A stretch of DNA of 64,000 nt. It comes from Actinomycetota bacterium. GTDB taxonomy: Bacteria > Actinomycetota > Acidimicrobiia > Acidimicrobiales > AC-14. Each line of letters begins with the position of its first letter. Positions within the stretch are counted from its first letter, which is position 1. The stretch is from the NCBI GenBank assembly GCA_040754375.1, contig JBFMCT010000011.1, positions 1,384 through 65,383 of the forward strand, read 5' to 3'. The position numbers and the translations under genes are program-made. Positions 25,997 to 34,928 of this stretch are shown here, in pieces. A model generated the notes under the pieces. That model did no database searches and had not been told where the DNA came from. It saw only the letters and a list, made by a program, of their open reading frames with translations.

Positions 25997-27495
25997 GGAC
26001 CTTTGGCCCGGCCACGTCGGGTCCCGCCCCCGAACTGGTCGAGTCGGGTTTCGCCCTCGAGAACGCCGACGCCCCCCTTCTCCATCGTGGCCTCAACCTG
26101 GCCGACATGGCCCACGTCCTGGACCTGCGCAGCCAGCAAGTCATCCCCGACGACGCCGCCCGCCAGCTCCTCGGGCTGCTCCTCGAGGTCCACGAGATGC
26201 CGGCCGAGGAGTTCCCCTACGACCCGTCGTTCGGGGAGGCGTACAACTCCCGGGAACGGTACTTCGTCTCCCGTCTGGGCGACACGGCTGGCTGGCTGCA
26301 CGCCGGCCGGCCCCGGCGGGAGGCCACCCGGATCGCCCTGCGGCTACTGCTGCGCCGCCAGTTGGTCGAGGTGCTCGCCGACGCCGCCCGGCTGGCCGAC
26401 AGCATGGCCGATCAGGCGGCCGCCCACGTGGGCTCGGTGATGCCCGACCAGACCTACCTCCAGCAGGCCCAGCCGTCCACGTTCGGCCATTACATCCTCT
26501 CGTTCGCCTACCCGACCCTGCGCGACAGCCGGCGCCTGCTCGACGCCGTGTCCTGGGTGAACGCCAGCCCGGGCGGGGCCGGGTGTGTCAACGGCAGCCG
26601 GCTGTTGGCCGACCGGGAACTGCTGGCCGACCTGCTCGGGTTCGACGGCGTGATCGAACACACCCGCGACGCCATGTGGCAGGTCGACGGGCTCATCCAC
26701 ATCATGGGCACCACGGCCAGCATGCTCTCCAACCAGAGCAAGTTGGCCGAGGACCTGGAGATCTGGTCGAGCAGCGAGTTCGACTACGTGGACCTCGACC
26801 CTGGCTTCACCCGGGCCAGCGTGCTCATGCCCCAGAAGCGCAACCCGTACTCGCTGTCGATCGTGCGGGGTGCCCACGGCATCCTCATCGGGCGGCTGTC
26901 CGGCTTCCTGGCCGTGGTCAAGAGCCCCTCGGCCCGCAGCGACAACTTGATCTTCGCCTACGGCGAGGTCCCCCGGTCCCTCGATCTGGCCGCCCGCGTC
27001 ACCCGCCTGATGGGCGGGGTCGTCCGCACCTTGGCGGTCAACACCGACCGCATGGCCGATGCCCTGCGCGACGGGTTCACCCAGGCCACCGACCTGGCCG
27101 AACACATCGTCACGACCACCGGCATCGACTACCGCACGGCCTACCTGGTCGTGGGCCAGGCCGTGCGGGTGGCCAGCGCGGCCGGGCTGCGGGGGGTGGA
27201 CATCACGGGCGAGATGCTCGACCGGGCGGCCACGGACCTGCGGGGCCAGCCGCTGGGGCTGGCGGGCGCCGACCTCACCGACGTGCTCGACCCCCGCCAG
27301 ATCGTCGCCACCCGGTCCGCCCCGGGCGGGGCCGCGCCGTCGGCCGTCGAGGCCATGGTGGGCACGTGCCGGGCCGAGGCGGCCGAGGTCCTGGCCGAGG
27401 CCATGAGGCGCCAGGGGGACTTCGACCACGCCGAGGAGCTGCTCGTGGAACGGGCCGTGGCCGAGGCGCACGGCCGGCAGGAGGTTGCCCAGTGA
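25993..27495 (+). CDS. fumarate-lyase-superfamily enzyme, argininosuccinate lyase-like
   Basis: 500 aa. QTYLQQAQPSTFGH, and a signature loop ASVLMPQKRNPYS that deviates from GSSxMPxKxNP. ATG overlaps the previous stop (ATGA). Confidence 0.8.
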   Translation: MRTFGPATSGPAPELVESGFALENADAPLLHRGLNLADMAHVLDLRSQQVIPDDAARQLLGLLLEVHEMPAEEFPYDPSFGEAYNSRERYFVSRLGDTAGWLHAGRPRREATRIALRLLLRRQLVEVLADAARLADSMADQAAAHVGSVMPDQTYLQQAQPSTFGHYILSFAYPTLRDSRRLLDAVSWVNASPGGAGCVNGSRLLADRELLADLLGFDGVIEHTRDAMWQVDGLIHIMGTTASMLSNQSKLAEDLEIWSSSEFDYVDLDPGFTRASVLMPQKRNPYSLSIVRGAHGILIGRLSGFLAVVKSPSARSDNLIFAYGEVPRSLDLAARVTRLMGGVVRTLAVNTDRMADALRDGFTQATDLAEHIVTTTGIDYRTAYLVVGQAVRVASAAGLRGVDITGEMLDRAATDLRGQPLGLAGADLTDVLDPRQIVATRSAPGGAAPSAVEAMVGTCRAEAAEVLAEAMRRQGDFDHAEELLVERAVAEAHGRQEVAQ

Positions 27496-28895
27496 AGCTG
27501 CCCACCGACATCGAGGTTGTGAACGTCGGCCTCCCGCTGTTCGCCGACGCCGTCCGCCAGCAGGGCCGGCCGGTGGTGCAGGTCGACTGGCGCATCCCCG
27601 CGGGCGGGGACCTCGAACTGGTGGCCGCCCTGAGCCGGCTCTACGGCCGTCACGGGGCGGCCATCGACGAGGCCAATGCGGAGGTCGCCCGGCGGTTGGA
27701 CCAGGGTTCGCCCAAGTTGGTGGGCCTCGAGCGGGCACTCGACGTCCTGCCCGGTGTCGACGACCGAACGGTCATCCACTGCGGCCCGGCCATCGGCTGG
27801 ACCGACATGTGCGACCCCCTGCGCCGGTCGGTCCGGGCCGCGGTAATGGCCGAGGGGTGGGCGGCGACGCCCGCCGAGGTGGACGGGCTGATGGCGCGCC
27901 ACGGGGTACGGCTGGAGCCGGCCAACCACCACGGGGCCGTCGTGCCCATGGCCAGCGCCATCGGCCCTACCGCGCCGATGCTCGTCGTGGAGAACGAGGC
28001 CGGCGGTACCCGCGCCTTCTCGGCCCTCAACCAGGGCCCGGGTGAAGTGGCCTGGTTCGGGCGGGAGACTCCCGCGGCCGTGGACCGGCTGGTCTTCCTA
28101 CGGGAGGTGGCCGGTCCGCTGCTGGCCGAGTGCCTGCGCCACTCGGGGCCGCTCGACGTGTTCACCCTGGCGGCCCAGGGACTGCAGATGGGCGACGACC
28201 TGCACATGCGCACCCAGGCCACGACCAACCTGTTCGTGCGGGCCCTGCTGCCCCACCTGATGGGGCTCGAAGACCGGCGACGGGCCGACCTGGGCCGCTT
28301 CCTCTCCACCGACCACCTGTTCTTCCTGAACGTGGCCATGGCCGGGGCCAAGTCGCTCACCCTGTGGGCCGAACAGGTACAGGGATCGAGCGTGGTCACC
28401 ACCATGGCCCGCAACGGCACGACCTACGGGGTCCGCCTGCCAGGCTCGCAGCGTTGGTTCGTCACCGCCTCGCCGCCCATCGGCCAGGCCCTCTACTACC
28501 CCGGTTACGGTCCCGAGCACGGCGCCCCCGACATCGGCGACAGCGCCGTGCTGGAGCTGGTCGGCCTGGGCGGTTCGGCGGCCGCCGCCTCGCCCGCGGT
28601 GGCCGCCTTCGTCGGCGGCACCATGGCCGACGCCATCGCCTCGACCGAGGCCATGGACCACGTGTGCGTGGCCCGCAGCACCCGGTTCAAGCTGCCGTTG
28701 CTCGACTTCCGCGGCTCACCGGTGGCCGTCGACGTCCGCAAGGTGGTCGAACTGGGCATCACACCCAAGGTCAACACCGGCATCCTCCACGCCCACGACG
28801 GCTCCGGACAGGTCGGCGCGGGTGTGGCCGAGGCCCCCATCGCCTGCTTCCGCGAGGCGTTGCTGGACCTCGACCGCCGCCTGTCCTCGTCCTGA
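27492..28895 (+). CDS. DUF1116 (YlbE-like) protein
   Basis: GTG at 27492 overlaps the previous stop (GTGA). 467 aa resembling E. coli YlbE-type proteins that accompany FdrA. The listed ORF 25890..28895 has a 534-codon spurious extension. Confidence 0.7.
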   Translation: MKLPTDIEVVNVGLPLFADAVRQQGRPVVQVDWRIPAGGDLELVAALSRLYGRHGAAIDEANAEVARRLDQGSPKLVGLERALDVLPGVDDRTVIHCGPAIGWTDMCDPLRRSVRAAVMAEGWAATPAEVDGLMARHGVRLEPANHHGAVVPMASAIGPTAPMLVVENEAGGTRAFSALNQGPGEVAWFGRETPAAVDRLVFLREVAGPLLAECLRHSGPLDVFTLAAQGLQMGDDLHMRTQATTNLFVRALLPHLMGLEDRRRADLGRFLSTDHLFFLNVAMAGAKSLTLWAEQVQGSSVVTTMARNGTTYGVRLPGSQRWFVTASPPIGQALYYPGYGPEHGAPDIGDSAVLELVGLGGSAAAASPAVAAFVGGTMADAIASTEAMDHVCVARSTRFKLPLLDFRGSPVAVDVRKVVELGITPKVNTGILHAHDGSGQVGAGVAEAPIACFREALLDLDRRLSSS

Positions 28896-28905
28896 TGAGG
28901 CGCTA

Positions 28906-29718
28906 GTGCTCGAACTGGGCCTGGGCGCCCGAGAGGCGCTCTCGGTGCCCGGCACGGGCACCGTGATCGGGGCCTACACCAAGGCCGCCTACGTCCGGGT
29001 GCCGGGCGGGCTGTTCGCCCTCACCACACGCGACGTGGCCTCCGGTCCCCTGCACGCCCGCACCGACCTGCCCGTCGCGCGCCTCGGCGTGGGCGACCGG
29101 GTTGTGGTCACGCCGAGGCTGCTCCAGGCCGGGCCGCTCCTGTTCGACCTCCGGGCGGCCACCGTCTGGCGGGGCCGCCTCCCCCAGGTCGGCCCCCCGG
29201 GCCACGCCGGCACCGCCGGCCGCGGAGTCGACGTCCCGGGCCTGGCCCGCCGCCTGGGCGGGGCCGGTCCCGGGCTCACACCCGCGGGTGACGACGCCCT
29301 GGCCGGGGTCCTCCTCGTGGCCCGGCTCCACGGTGGTCAGCCGGCCGAGGAGGGCCTCGTGGGGATCGCGGCCGCCGTCCCCACCAACGACATCTCCCGG
29401 GCCTTCCTCGTTTGGGCGGCCCGGGGCCAGAGCACCGAGCCCGTCCACCAGTTCCTCCTGACCGGCGACCCCCACCACCTGGGCACCGTGCGGGCCATGG
29501 GGCACACCTCCGGAGCGGCCTTGGCTGACGGCCTCATGTACGCATTGCACGCTTTTGCAAGGCCCGTGCAACAGGACGTCGCAGGCTGCGGGGTACCAGC
29601 CGAACCCCGAGGAGGTCCCGCGTGGCCCGGACGATTCTCACTCTCCGCCCCACCACTGTCTGCCCGTGCTGGTTCGCCACCGCCGCCCCAGCCCACCACG
29701 ACCGGCTGGTCCGGGTGA
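28906..29718 (+). CDS. DUF2877 (YlbF-like) protein
   Basis: GTG at 28906. GPGLTPAGDDALAGVLLV motif as I recall for DUF2877. About 270 aa, like YlbF. Confidence 0.6.
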   Translation: MLELGLGAREALSVPGTGTVIGAYTKAAYVRVPGGLFALTTRDVASGPLHARTDLPVARLGVGDRVVVTPRLLQAGPLLFDLRAATVWRGRLPQVGPPGHAGTAGRGVDVPGLARRLGGAGPGLTPAGDDALAGVLLVARLHGGQPAEEGLVGIAAAVPTNDISRAFLVWAARGQSTEPVHQFLLTGDPHHLGTVRAMGHTSGAALADGLMYALHAFARPVQQDVAGCGVPAEPRGGPAWPGRFSLSAPPLSARAGSPPPPQPTTTGWSG

Positions 29719-29912
29719 CGACCGACCTGACCGCGACCCTGGACCTGGTGGAGATGGCCGTCACCTGGGCCGAGCTCGACTACAGCCACGAGGACGTCAT
29801 CCCGCCCCGGCGCTGGCTGGAGTTCGCGGCCGAGCACGAGTGGGAAGACCCCGACGTGGCCGAACGGCTCTTCAGCGCGGCCGCCGAGATCGCCCTCAGG
29901 CGGGCGGGTTGA
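29715..29912 (+). CDS. possible small acidic protein (65 aa)
   Basis: GTG at 29715 overlaps the previous stop (GTGA). ..VEMAVTWAELDYSHEDVIPPRRWLEFAAEHEWEDPDVAERLF... Its 3' end overlaps the convergent OsmC-like gene by 17 nt. Confidence 0.3.
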   Translation: MTTDLTATLDLVEMAVTWAELDYSHEDVIPPRRWLEFAAEHEWEDPDVAERLFSAAAEIALRRAG

Positions 29913-30348
29913 CGACGACCTCGACCTCGTTCAGCGTACGAAGGGTGTTGGACACGTAACACACGGCCTTGGCCCGCTCAACCAGGCGGTCCAGCTCCTC
30001 CCGCTCGTGGCTGGAGGTGACCTCGACCCGGAGATGGGAGAACTTGGGGCCGTCGTAGGCGCCCACGACCAGCACGGCCAGGTCGGCCAGCTCGATGCCG
30101 CGCTTGCGCCCGACGTGGGCCACGGCGAGGGCGAAGCACGACCCCAGCGAGGCCAGGAAGAGGTCGGTCGGCTGCGGCCCGGTGCCCTCCCCTCCGGCGT
30201 GCTCCGGCTCGTCCACCCGTACCTCGAACTCACCGGCCGTGACCCGGCAGCGGTAGCCGCCCTCCCATACGGCGTATACCGAGCGCGAGCTCGAGGGCGG
30301 ACGCTCAGCCGTGCTCGTGGCCGTGCCCGTGCTCGTGCCCACTGGCAT
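29896..30348 (-). CDS. OsmC/Ohr-family peroxiredoxin-like protein; start uncertain
   Basis: ..GGEGTGPQPTDLFLASLGSCFALAVA.. and ..AKAVCYVSNTL.. carry the two conserved Cys of the OsmC fold. The first canonical in-frame start after the upstream stop region is ATG 30348, which would overlap the His-tail coding region by 44 nt. Confidence 0.7.
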   Translation of the reverse strand: MPVGTSTGTATSTAERPPSSSRSVYAVWEGGYRCRVTAGEFEVRVDEPEHAGGEGTGPQPTDLFLASLGSCFALAVAHVGRKRGIELADLAVLVVGAYDGPKFSHLRVEVTSSHEREELDRLVERAKAVCYVSNTLRTLNEVEVVVNPPA

Positions 30349-30709
30349 GATCGTGACCGTGCCCGCCGGCATGATCGTGACCGGCCGGGCGCTCGGCCAG
30401 CTCACCGGCCCGGGCCTCCAGCTCACCGGCGCCCACGACGCCCCTGCCGGCCAACACCCGCTCCAGGGCGGTGAGCCAGCAGCGGTAGTAGCTCCAGCAC
30501 TCGTCGCCCTCGCGCTCCCAACCGCCGACGGCGGCGATGAGCTCACGACGGAAGTCCTCCCAGTCGATGGTCCCGGCGTCGTGGAGGGCCATGGCCAGCC
30601 CGAACGCCCGGCTCTCCCACGGGGCCGCGAAGACCAGCTCGCCGTTGCTCCGGGGGGGCGCCCCCGGCCCCTCGATGTCCAGCACCGCGCCCGGCGACGG
30701 GACAGTCAT
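30305..30709 (-). CDS. nitrile hydratase accessory (activator) protein with C-terminal His-rich tail
   Basis: ATG at 30709 overlaps the alpha stop (ATGA). 134 aa. [18 protein letters not shown].. resembles the beta-subunit-like NHase activators. Tail is [24 protein letters not shown]. Confidence 0.75.
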   Translation of the reverse strand: MTVPSPGAVLDIEGPGAPPRSNGELVFAAPWESRAFGLAMALHDAGTIDWEDFRRELIAAVGGWEREGDECWSYYRCWLTALERVLAGRGVVGAGELEARAGELAERPAGHDHAGGHGHDHASGHEHGHGHEHG

Positions 30710-31305
30710 GGAGCCGCCACCTTGGCCACCCCGACCATGGCGTCGCGCGTCACCAGCGAGGCCAGGTCTTCCTCGCTCATCCCCTCGGTGCCCGCCGGCC
30801 GTTCGGGCAGCACCATGTAGCGCACCTCCGAACTGCTGTCCCATACCCGCAGCTCGATGTCGTCGCCCAACTCCAGCCCCATCTCGGCCAGCAGGGCCCG
30901 GGGGTCGCGCACCATCCGCGACCGGTAGGCGGGGTCCTTGTACCAGCCCGGGGGCAGGCCCAGCACCGGCCACGGGTAACAGGAGCACAGCGTGCAGACG
31001 ACGACGTTGTGCACCGACGGCGTGTTCTCCAGTACGACGATGTGCTCGCCCTGGGGGCCCTTGAAGCCCAGTTCGGCGATCGAACCCGTGCCGTCCTCCA
31101 GCAGGCGGGCCTTGTAGTCAGGGTCGGCCCAGGCGTGGGCCACGACCTTGGCGCCGTTCATGGGGCCGACGTCCTGCTCGTACATCTTGATGAACTTGTC
31201 CATGAGGGAGGGGTCGACGATCCCCCGCTCCACCAGGATCGATTCGAGAGCCTCCGTCCGCAGCTCGATGGGCAGGCGTTCGGCGGTGGTGTCCGACGTG
31301 GTCAC
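30706..31305 (-). CDS. nthA: nitrile hydratase alpha subunit, cobalt type
   Basis: GTG at 31305 overlaps the beta stop (GTGA). Metal-site motif [14 protein letters not shown] (Thr/Tyr variant = Co type; the Fe type is CSLCSCT). Confidence 0.9.
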   Translation of the reverse strand: MTTSDTTAERLPIELRTEALESILVERGIVDPSLMDKFIKMYEQDVGPMNGAKVVAHAWADPDYKARLLEDGTGSIAELGFKGPQGEHIVVLENTPSVHNVVVCTLCSCYPWPVLGLPPGWYKDPAYRSRMVRDPRALLAEMGLELGDDIELRVWDSSSEVRYMVLPERPAGTEGMSEEDLASLVTRDAMVGVAKVAAP

Positions 31306-31967
31306 GGCGCGGCCTCCAGATAGGACTCGTACAGGTCGAACCTCAGGGTGAACTTCTCGGCGTCCTCGCCCCACAGCTCAGTCGAGCCGAACTCGACGTT
31401 GTAGACGTGCTGGGGGTTCTCCCCCAGGAAGTGGGCGTTGGTGTCGGGCAGCACCTGGGCGGGCAGGACGAGGCGCACGACACCCGCCCGCCCGCGCACG
31501 TAGCGGGCCAGCCGGGTGTGGCCCGTCGGGTGGATGTCGCGCGCCCGCACCCGGTCCCCCACCGCGAACTTGGGCGGGTCGTCGATCTGGCGGATCGACC
31601 CGGCCGCCGTGGGCTGGTAGTCGGGCTTGTCGGGCTCGGGGACGGGCGGCTCCTCCACGTCCTCGCCCCGCAGCTTGCGGGCCCGGGCGTCGACCGCCCC
31701 GGGGGCGATGATCGACGATCCCACCAGCAGGTTCTCGGTCATCTTGAGCCAGCGGCCGTAGTAGCCGTAGGCCAGGTAGTCGATGGGGTGCTGGCGGTTC
31801 AGGCCGTGGCGGAACGTGTCGAGGTTGGTGCCCGAGATCCGCATCGACAGCAGCGCCATGGCGAACGCCCGCTTCTCCCACTCCTCATGGAAAGGCGGGT
31901 CGTCGGGCGGGTCGAGGCTGACGCGGCCGAAACCCTGCAGCCCGCCCATGTCGGCGACGGTGTCCAA
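31302..31967 (-). CDS. nthB: nitrile hydratase beta subunit
   Basis: 221 aa. MGGLQGFG..., [11 protein letters not shown], ..YYGRWL.., ..[12 protein letters not shown]... Gene order beta-alpha-accessory. Confidence 0.9.
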   Translation of the reverse strand: MDTVADMGGLQGFGRVSLDPPDDPPFHEEWEKRAFAMALLSMRISGTNLDTFRHGLNRQHPIDYLAYGYYGRWLKMTENLLVGSSIIAPGAVDARARKLRGEDVEEPPVPEPDKPDYQPTAAGSIRQIDDPPKFAVGDRVRARDIHPTGHTRLARYVRGRAGVVRLVLPAQVLPDTNAHFLGENPQHVYNVEFGSTELWGEDAEKFTLRFDLYESYLEAAP

Positions 31968-32051
31968 CGTCGCACCTCCTTCAAACGAAAGGGAGAGACG
32001 CCCCCCGACCGTGGCGGCCGGGGGGCGCTCCCGGTGATCGGCGACGAGTGG

Positions 32052-32540
32052 TCAGACGGTCCAGGTGTTGATCTGGAACGCCCCGGCCCGCCAGGCGGTC
32101 AGCGCCGAGTCGAGCACGTCCAGCGGGTGGAAGGCCTTCACGCCATCGATGAGGTCGTCCTCCCGGAAGCCGTAGAGCGCGCCCATGGCGAAGCGGCAGG
32201 CGTAGACGTTCGCTCCCTCCTTGAGGAGGGTCTTGATCTGGTTGTTGATGGCCATGTGCCCGGGGAAGGCCTCCTGGCCGACAGCCGGGAAGCCCCGGGT
32301 GCCTGACGCCAGCAGGACGCCCGGCCCGTAGAGGATGATGTTGACCTCGAACCCCTTGCGCACCAGCCGGGTCGAGGTCAGCAGGTTCACCAGCGCGACC
32401 GAACCCTCGTAGGGGACGGTGTGTATGAAGACGAAGGCCCGCTCGCCGGGGTTGGCCTTGATGTCTTCGAACAGCTTCTCGTCCGTGTCGAAAAGGACCT
32501 CGCCGTCGGCGGGGCGTTCCTGGTTGACTGTCTTCGGCAT
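32052..32540 (-). CDS. DsrE-like ~160-aa protein (MSMEG_0572/Sll0783-like by size and context)
   Basis: 162 aa. ATG directly abuts the upstream stop (TAGATG) with RBS gaggagag. The pattern AFVFIHTVPYEG...VNIILYGPGV...ANVYACRFAMGA suggests a DsrE/DsrF-type fold. Confidence 0.6.
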   Translation of the reverse strand: MPKTVNQERPADGEVLFDTDEKLFEDIKANPGERAFVFIHTVPYEGSVALVNLLTSTRLVRKGFEVNIILYGPGVLLASGTRGFPAVGQEAFPGHMAINNQIKTLLKEGANVYACRFAMGALYGFREDDLIDGVKAFHPLDVLDSALTAWRAGAFQINTWTV

Positions 32541-32855
32541 CTACTCTCCTCGTGTCTCGGTAAGGGTCTGCGGTGGGGTGGTGACTCGGCCGTCGGCGCT
32601 GACGGCCGGGGTTCCTCGTAGCGGGGGATGCGCCCAGTTCTGACGATGGCTGCCCGGCATCGCCCGGATCGTGAAGTGCCGCAGTCCCCAGGGCAGCCGG
32701 CGGTAGACGGGCGCGAAGACCTGTAGCCAGAACTTCTCCCGCACGCCCTTGGGCCGGGGCGGGCCGGCCCGCCCGTACTTGTCGGCCATCCGCCGTTGGG
32801 CGTCGACGAGCAGGTAGTGCTCGGAGTTCTGGCGGAGCCAGTGGGCGAAGGCCAC
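32541..32855 (-). CDS. small conserved-looking protein (104 aa; MSMEG_0570-like by size and position)
   Basis: GTG at 32855, 2 nt after the oxidoreductase stop. ..HWLRQNSEHYLLVDAQRRMADKYG...KFWLQVFAPVYRRLPWGLRHFTIRAMPGSHRQNW... The rest of ORF 32541..33899 is antisense shadow. Confidence 0.5.
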   Translation of the reverse strand: MAFAHWLRQNSEHYLLVDAQRRMADKYGRAGPPRPKGVREKFWLQVFAPVYRRLPWGLRHFTIRAMPGSHRQNWAHPPLRGTPAVSADGRVTTPPQTLTETRGE

Positions 32856-32857
32856 CG

Positions 32858-34195
32858 CTACCTGCCCAGCGAGGCCAGGCCGTTCTGGGCGGCCAGCGCG
32901 ATGGGCTCGTTGAGAGCCCCGATGGGTGGGGAGTAGACGTTCTCCATGGTGGCGAGGTCGTCGAGGGTGATCCCCGTACGGACGGCCATGGCCAGGAAGT
33001 CGGCCCGCTCCTTGATGCCCTCGCCCCCGACGAGCTGGGCGCCGATGAGGCGGAGCGTCCCCGGCTCGGCCAGCAGCTTGACTTTGATCTTCTTCATGTC
33101 CGGGTAGTAGCGGGCCCGGGAGATGCCCTGGGCCACGCCCATGACGAACGGGATCCCCAGGGCCGTAGCCAGCGTCTCGCCGAACGACACGCCACCGATC
33201 ATCCACTTGCCGGCCACCATCCCCCAGGGGACGTACACGGGCTGGTACGCCCGCTTGCCCCCGGCCGCGTTGGTGCCCGCCACCTTGCCCTGGGCGTAGG
33301 CGTGGCTGCCGGACAGGCCCTGGATGGGGACGTCGCTCACGCCGTGGGGCAGCTCGACACAATCGCCGGCCGCGTACACGTCGGGCGCCGAGGTGGTCAT
33401 GCGCTCGTCCACGATGATCCCGCCGGTGGAACCGACCTTGATGCCCGCTCCCGCCGCCATGCGGGCATTGGGCTGCTTCTTGGTGCACACGACGACCACG
33501 TCGGCCGGCAGTTCCCCGGCGTCGGTGCGCACCGCCCGCACGTGCCCTTGTCCGTCGCCCACGAACTCGCGCAGGGCCGTGTTCCAGTGCATCTTCACGC
33601 CCATCTCCGCCCAGGACTCCTCCACCGGAGCGGCGATGTCGGGGTCGGCGGCCTCGGCCAGGGCCCAGGGGTGAGGGTCGATCACGTGGGTCTCGATGCC
33701 GCGGTGGGCCAGGGCCGTGACCATCTCCAAGCCGAGGGGCGACGCCTCCACCACCACCGCCACCTTGACGGTGTCGAGCACCTTGTCCCACTCCATGGCG
33801 CTGCGGATGTTCTTTACGTAGTAGAGGCCCCCCAGCTCGGTGCCGGGGACACCCGGGTCGGCGTAGTCGAAGCCGGTACCGAGGATCAGCCGGTCCCATT
33901 GCTGGGTGCCCTCACCCTCGATGGTGACGGTCCGGGCGTCGACGTCGAACGACGAGACACGCGTCTCATAGTGGATGTCGATGCCCGCCTCCTGGTAGGA
34001 CTGCTTGGTGGCCAGGAACAGCCGGTCGAAGTCGGGGATCTCCTTGCCGTGGACATAGGGGATGCCGCACGGGCTGTACGCGGCGTCCTCGTACTCGGTG
34101 TACACCACGACTTCGGCGCTACGGTCCGTCTGCTTGGCGGCGCCCGCGGCACCGATCCCCGCTGCCCCACCACCGATCACGACGATCCTGGCCAC
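32858..34195 (-). CDS. FAD-dependent pyridine nucleotide-disulfide oxidoreductase (CoA-disulfide reductase / NADH oxidase-like, single active Cys)
   Basis: GTG at 34195 preceded by aggagacgggggg. 445 aa. IVVIGGGAAGIGAA, YSPCGIPY, VAVVVEASPLGLE, AAGDC, and a C-terminal dimerisation domain. Confidence 0.85.
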   Translation of the reverse strand: MARIVVIGGGAAGIGAAGAAKQTDRSAEVVVYTEYEDAAYSPCGIPYVHGKEIPDFDRLFLATKQSYQEAGIDIHYETRVSSFDVDARTVTIEGEGTQQWDRLILGTGFDYADPGVPGTELGGLYYVKNIRSAMEWDKVLDTVKVAVVVEASPLGLEMVTALAHRGIETHVIDPHPWALAEAADPDIAAPVEESWAEMGVKMHWNTALREFVGDGQGHVRAVRTDAGELPADVVVVCTKKQPNARMAAGAGIKVGSTGGIIVDERMTTSAPDVYAAGDCVELPHGVSDVPIQGLSGSHAYAQGKVAGTNAAGGKRAYQPVYVPWGMVAGKWMIGGVSFGETLATALGIPFVMGVAQGISRARYYPDMKKIKVKLLAEPGTLRLIGAQLVGGEGIKERADFLAMAVRTGITLDDLATMENVYSPPIGALNEPIALAAQNGLASLGR

Positions 34196-34280
34196 CTGCC
34201 CCCCGTCTCCTACCGCATGGACGATCCGGCTCTGACGTTTACTATACTGGACGTCGTTGGTAATGGCGTCAAGGAGGCCT

Positions 34281-34925
34281 ATGACTGATCTCGGCGATCC
34301 GGCGCCCCGTACCGACGGGCGGGCGGGTGTGGACGGCATCGTGAGCGGCATCGGGTTGCGCCTGCGGGAGTTGCGCCTCCACCACAGCCTCTCGCTCCAG
34401 CAGTTGGCCGAACGGGCGGGCGTGTCGGCCGCCGCCATCCACAAGATCGAGCGCAACGGCATGGTCCCCACGATCACCACGCTGCTGAAGCTGGCCGACG
34501 CGTTCGACCGCCCGGTGGCCTACTTCCTCGACGACGAGAAGGCCGAGGCCGGGCCGGTGGCGTTCATCCCGGCCGACGAGCGGCCGACCGTGTTCAACTC
34601 CCGCCCGGGCGTCGAGGTCCGCGCCATCTCCGGCTCGTACCCGAAGTTCTTCCTGGCCTCGACGGTGGTCACCGTCCAGCCCGGTGCCGGCAGCGGCCCG
34701 TCACGCGCCGTCGACCAGCGGGAGGAGCTCGTACTGGTGCTCGAGGGCACTCTCCGCTTCGAGGTCGACGGCCGGGAGTACCTGCTCGAGCCAGGGGACG
34801 CCCTGCACCTGCGGACCGACGGCCCGCATCGTTGGGTGAACCCGGGAGACGGCCCGGCCCAGGCGGCCTGGACCACCCTCAAGCCGTTCGACGGCTGCCC
34901 GTTCGGATCGGGGGCGGTGAGGTAG
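34281..34925 (+). CDS. XRE-family HTH + cupin-domain transcriptional regulator
   Basis: ATG at 34281 with a perfect aaggagg RBS (the track start 34257 is an upstream TTG). HTH LSLQQLAERAGVSAAAIHKIERNG. C-terminal cupin (..ELVLVLEGTLRFEVDG..L.PGDALH). Confidence 0.8.
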   Translation: MTDLGDPAPRTDGRAGVDGIVSGIGLRLRELRLHHSLSLQQLAERAGVSAAAIHKIERNGMVPTITTLLKLADAFDRPVAYFLDDEKAEAGPVAFIPADERPTVFNSRPGVEVRAISGSYPKFFLASTVVTVQPGAGSGPSRAVDQREELVLVLEGTLRFEVDGREYLLEPGDALHLRTDGPHRWVNPGDGPAQAAWTTLKPFDGCPFGSGAVR

Positions 34926-34928
34926 GCC

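Noticed and set aside
25890-28895. Over-long track ORFs taken at face value (25890..28895, 22120..23670, 19793..20992, 5779..7560, 6606..7745, 15295..16905, 32858..34480, 32541..33899, 41593..43845, 40955..41797, 52530..53945, 56269..58239)
   Set aside because: Only the C-terminal parts look like real proteins. In-frame internal starts coincide with the upstream gene's stop (ATGA/GTGA/TTGA) or with an RBS, and the N-terminal extensions overlap other well-supported genes.
34244-34250. ATACTGG in the XRE/oxidoreductase intergenic region as a fifth copy of the 9770-9835 motif, which would link the two loci
   Set aside because: A single heptamer occurrence is within chance expectation for 64 kb on two strands. 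It is more simply explained as part of a TATACT -10-like box.
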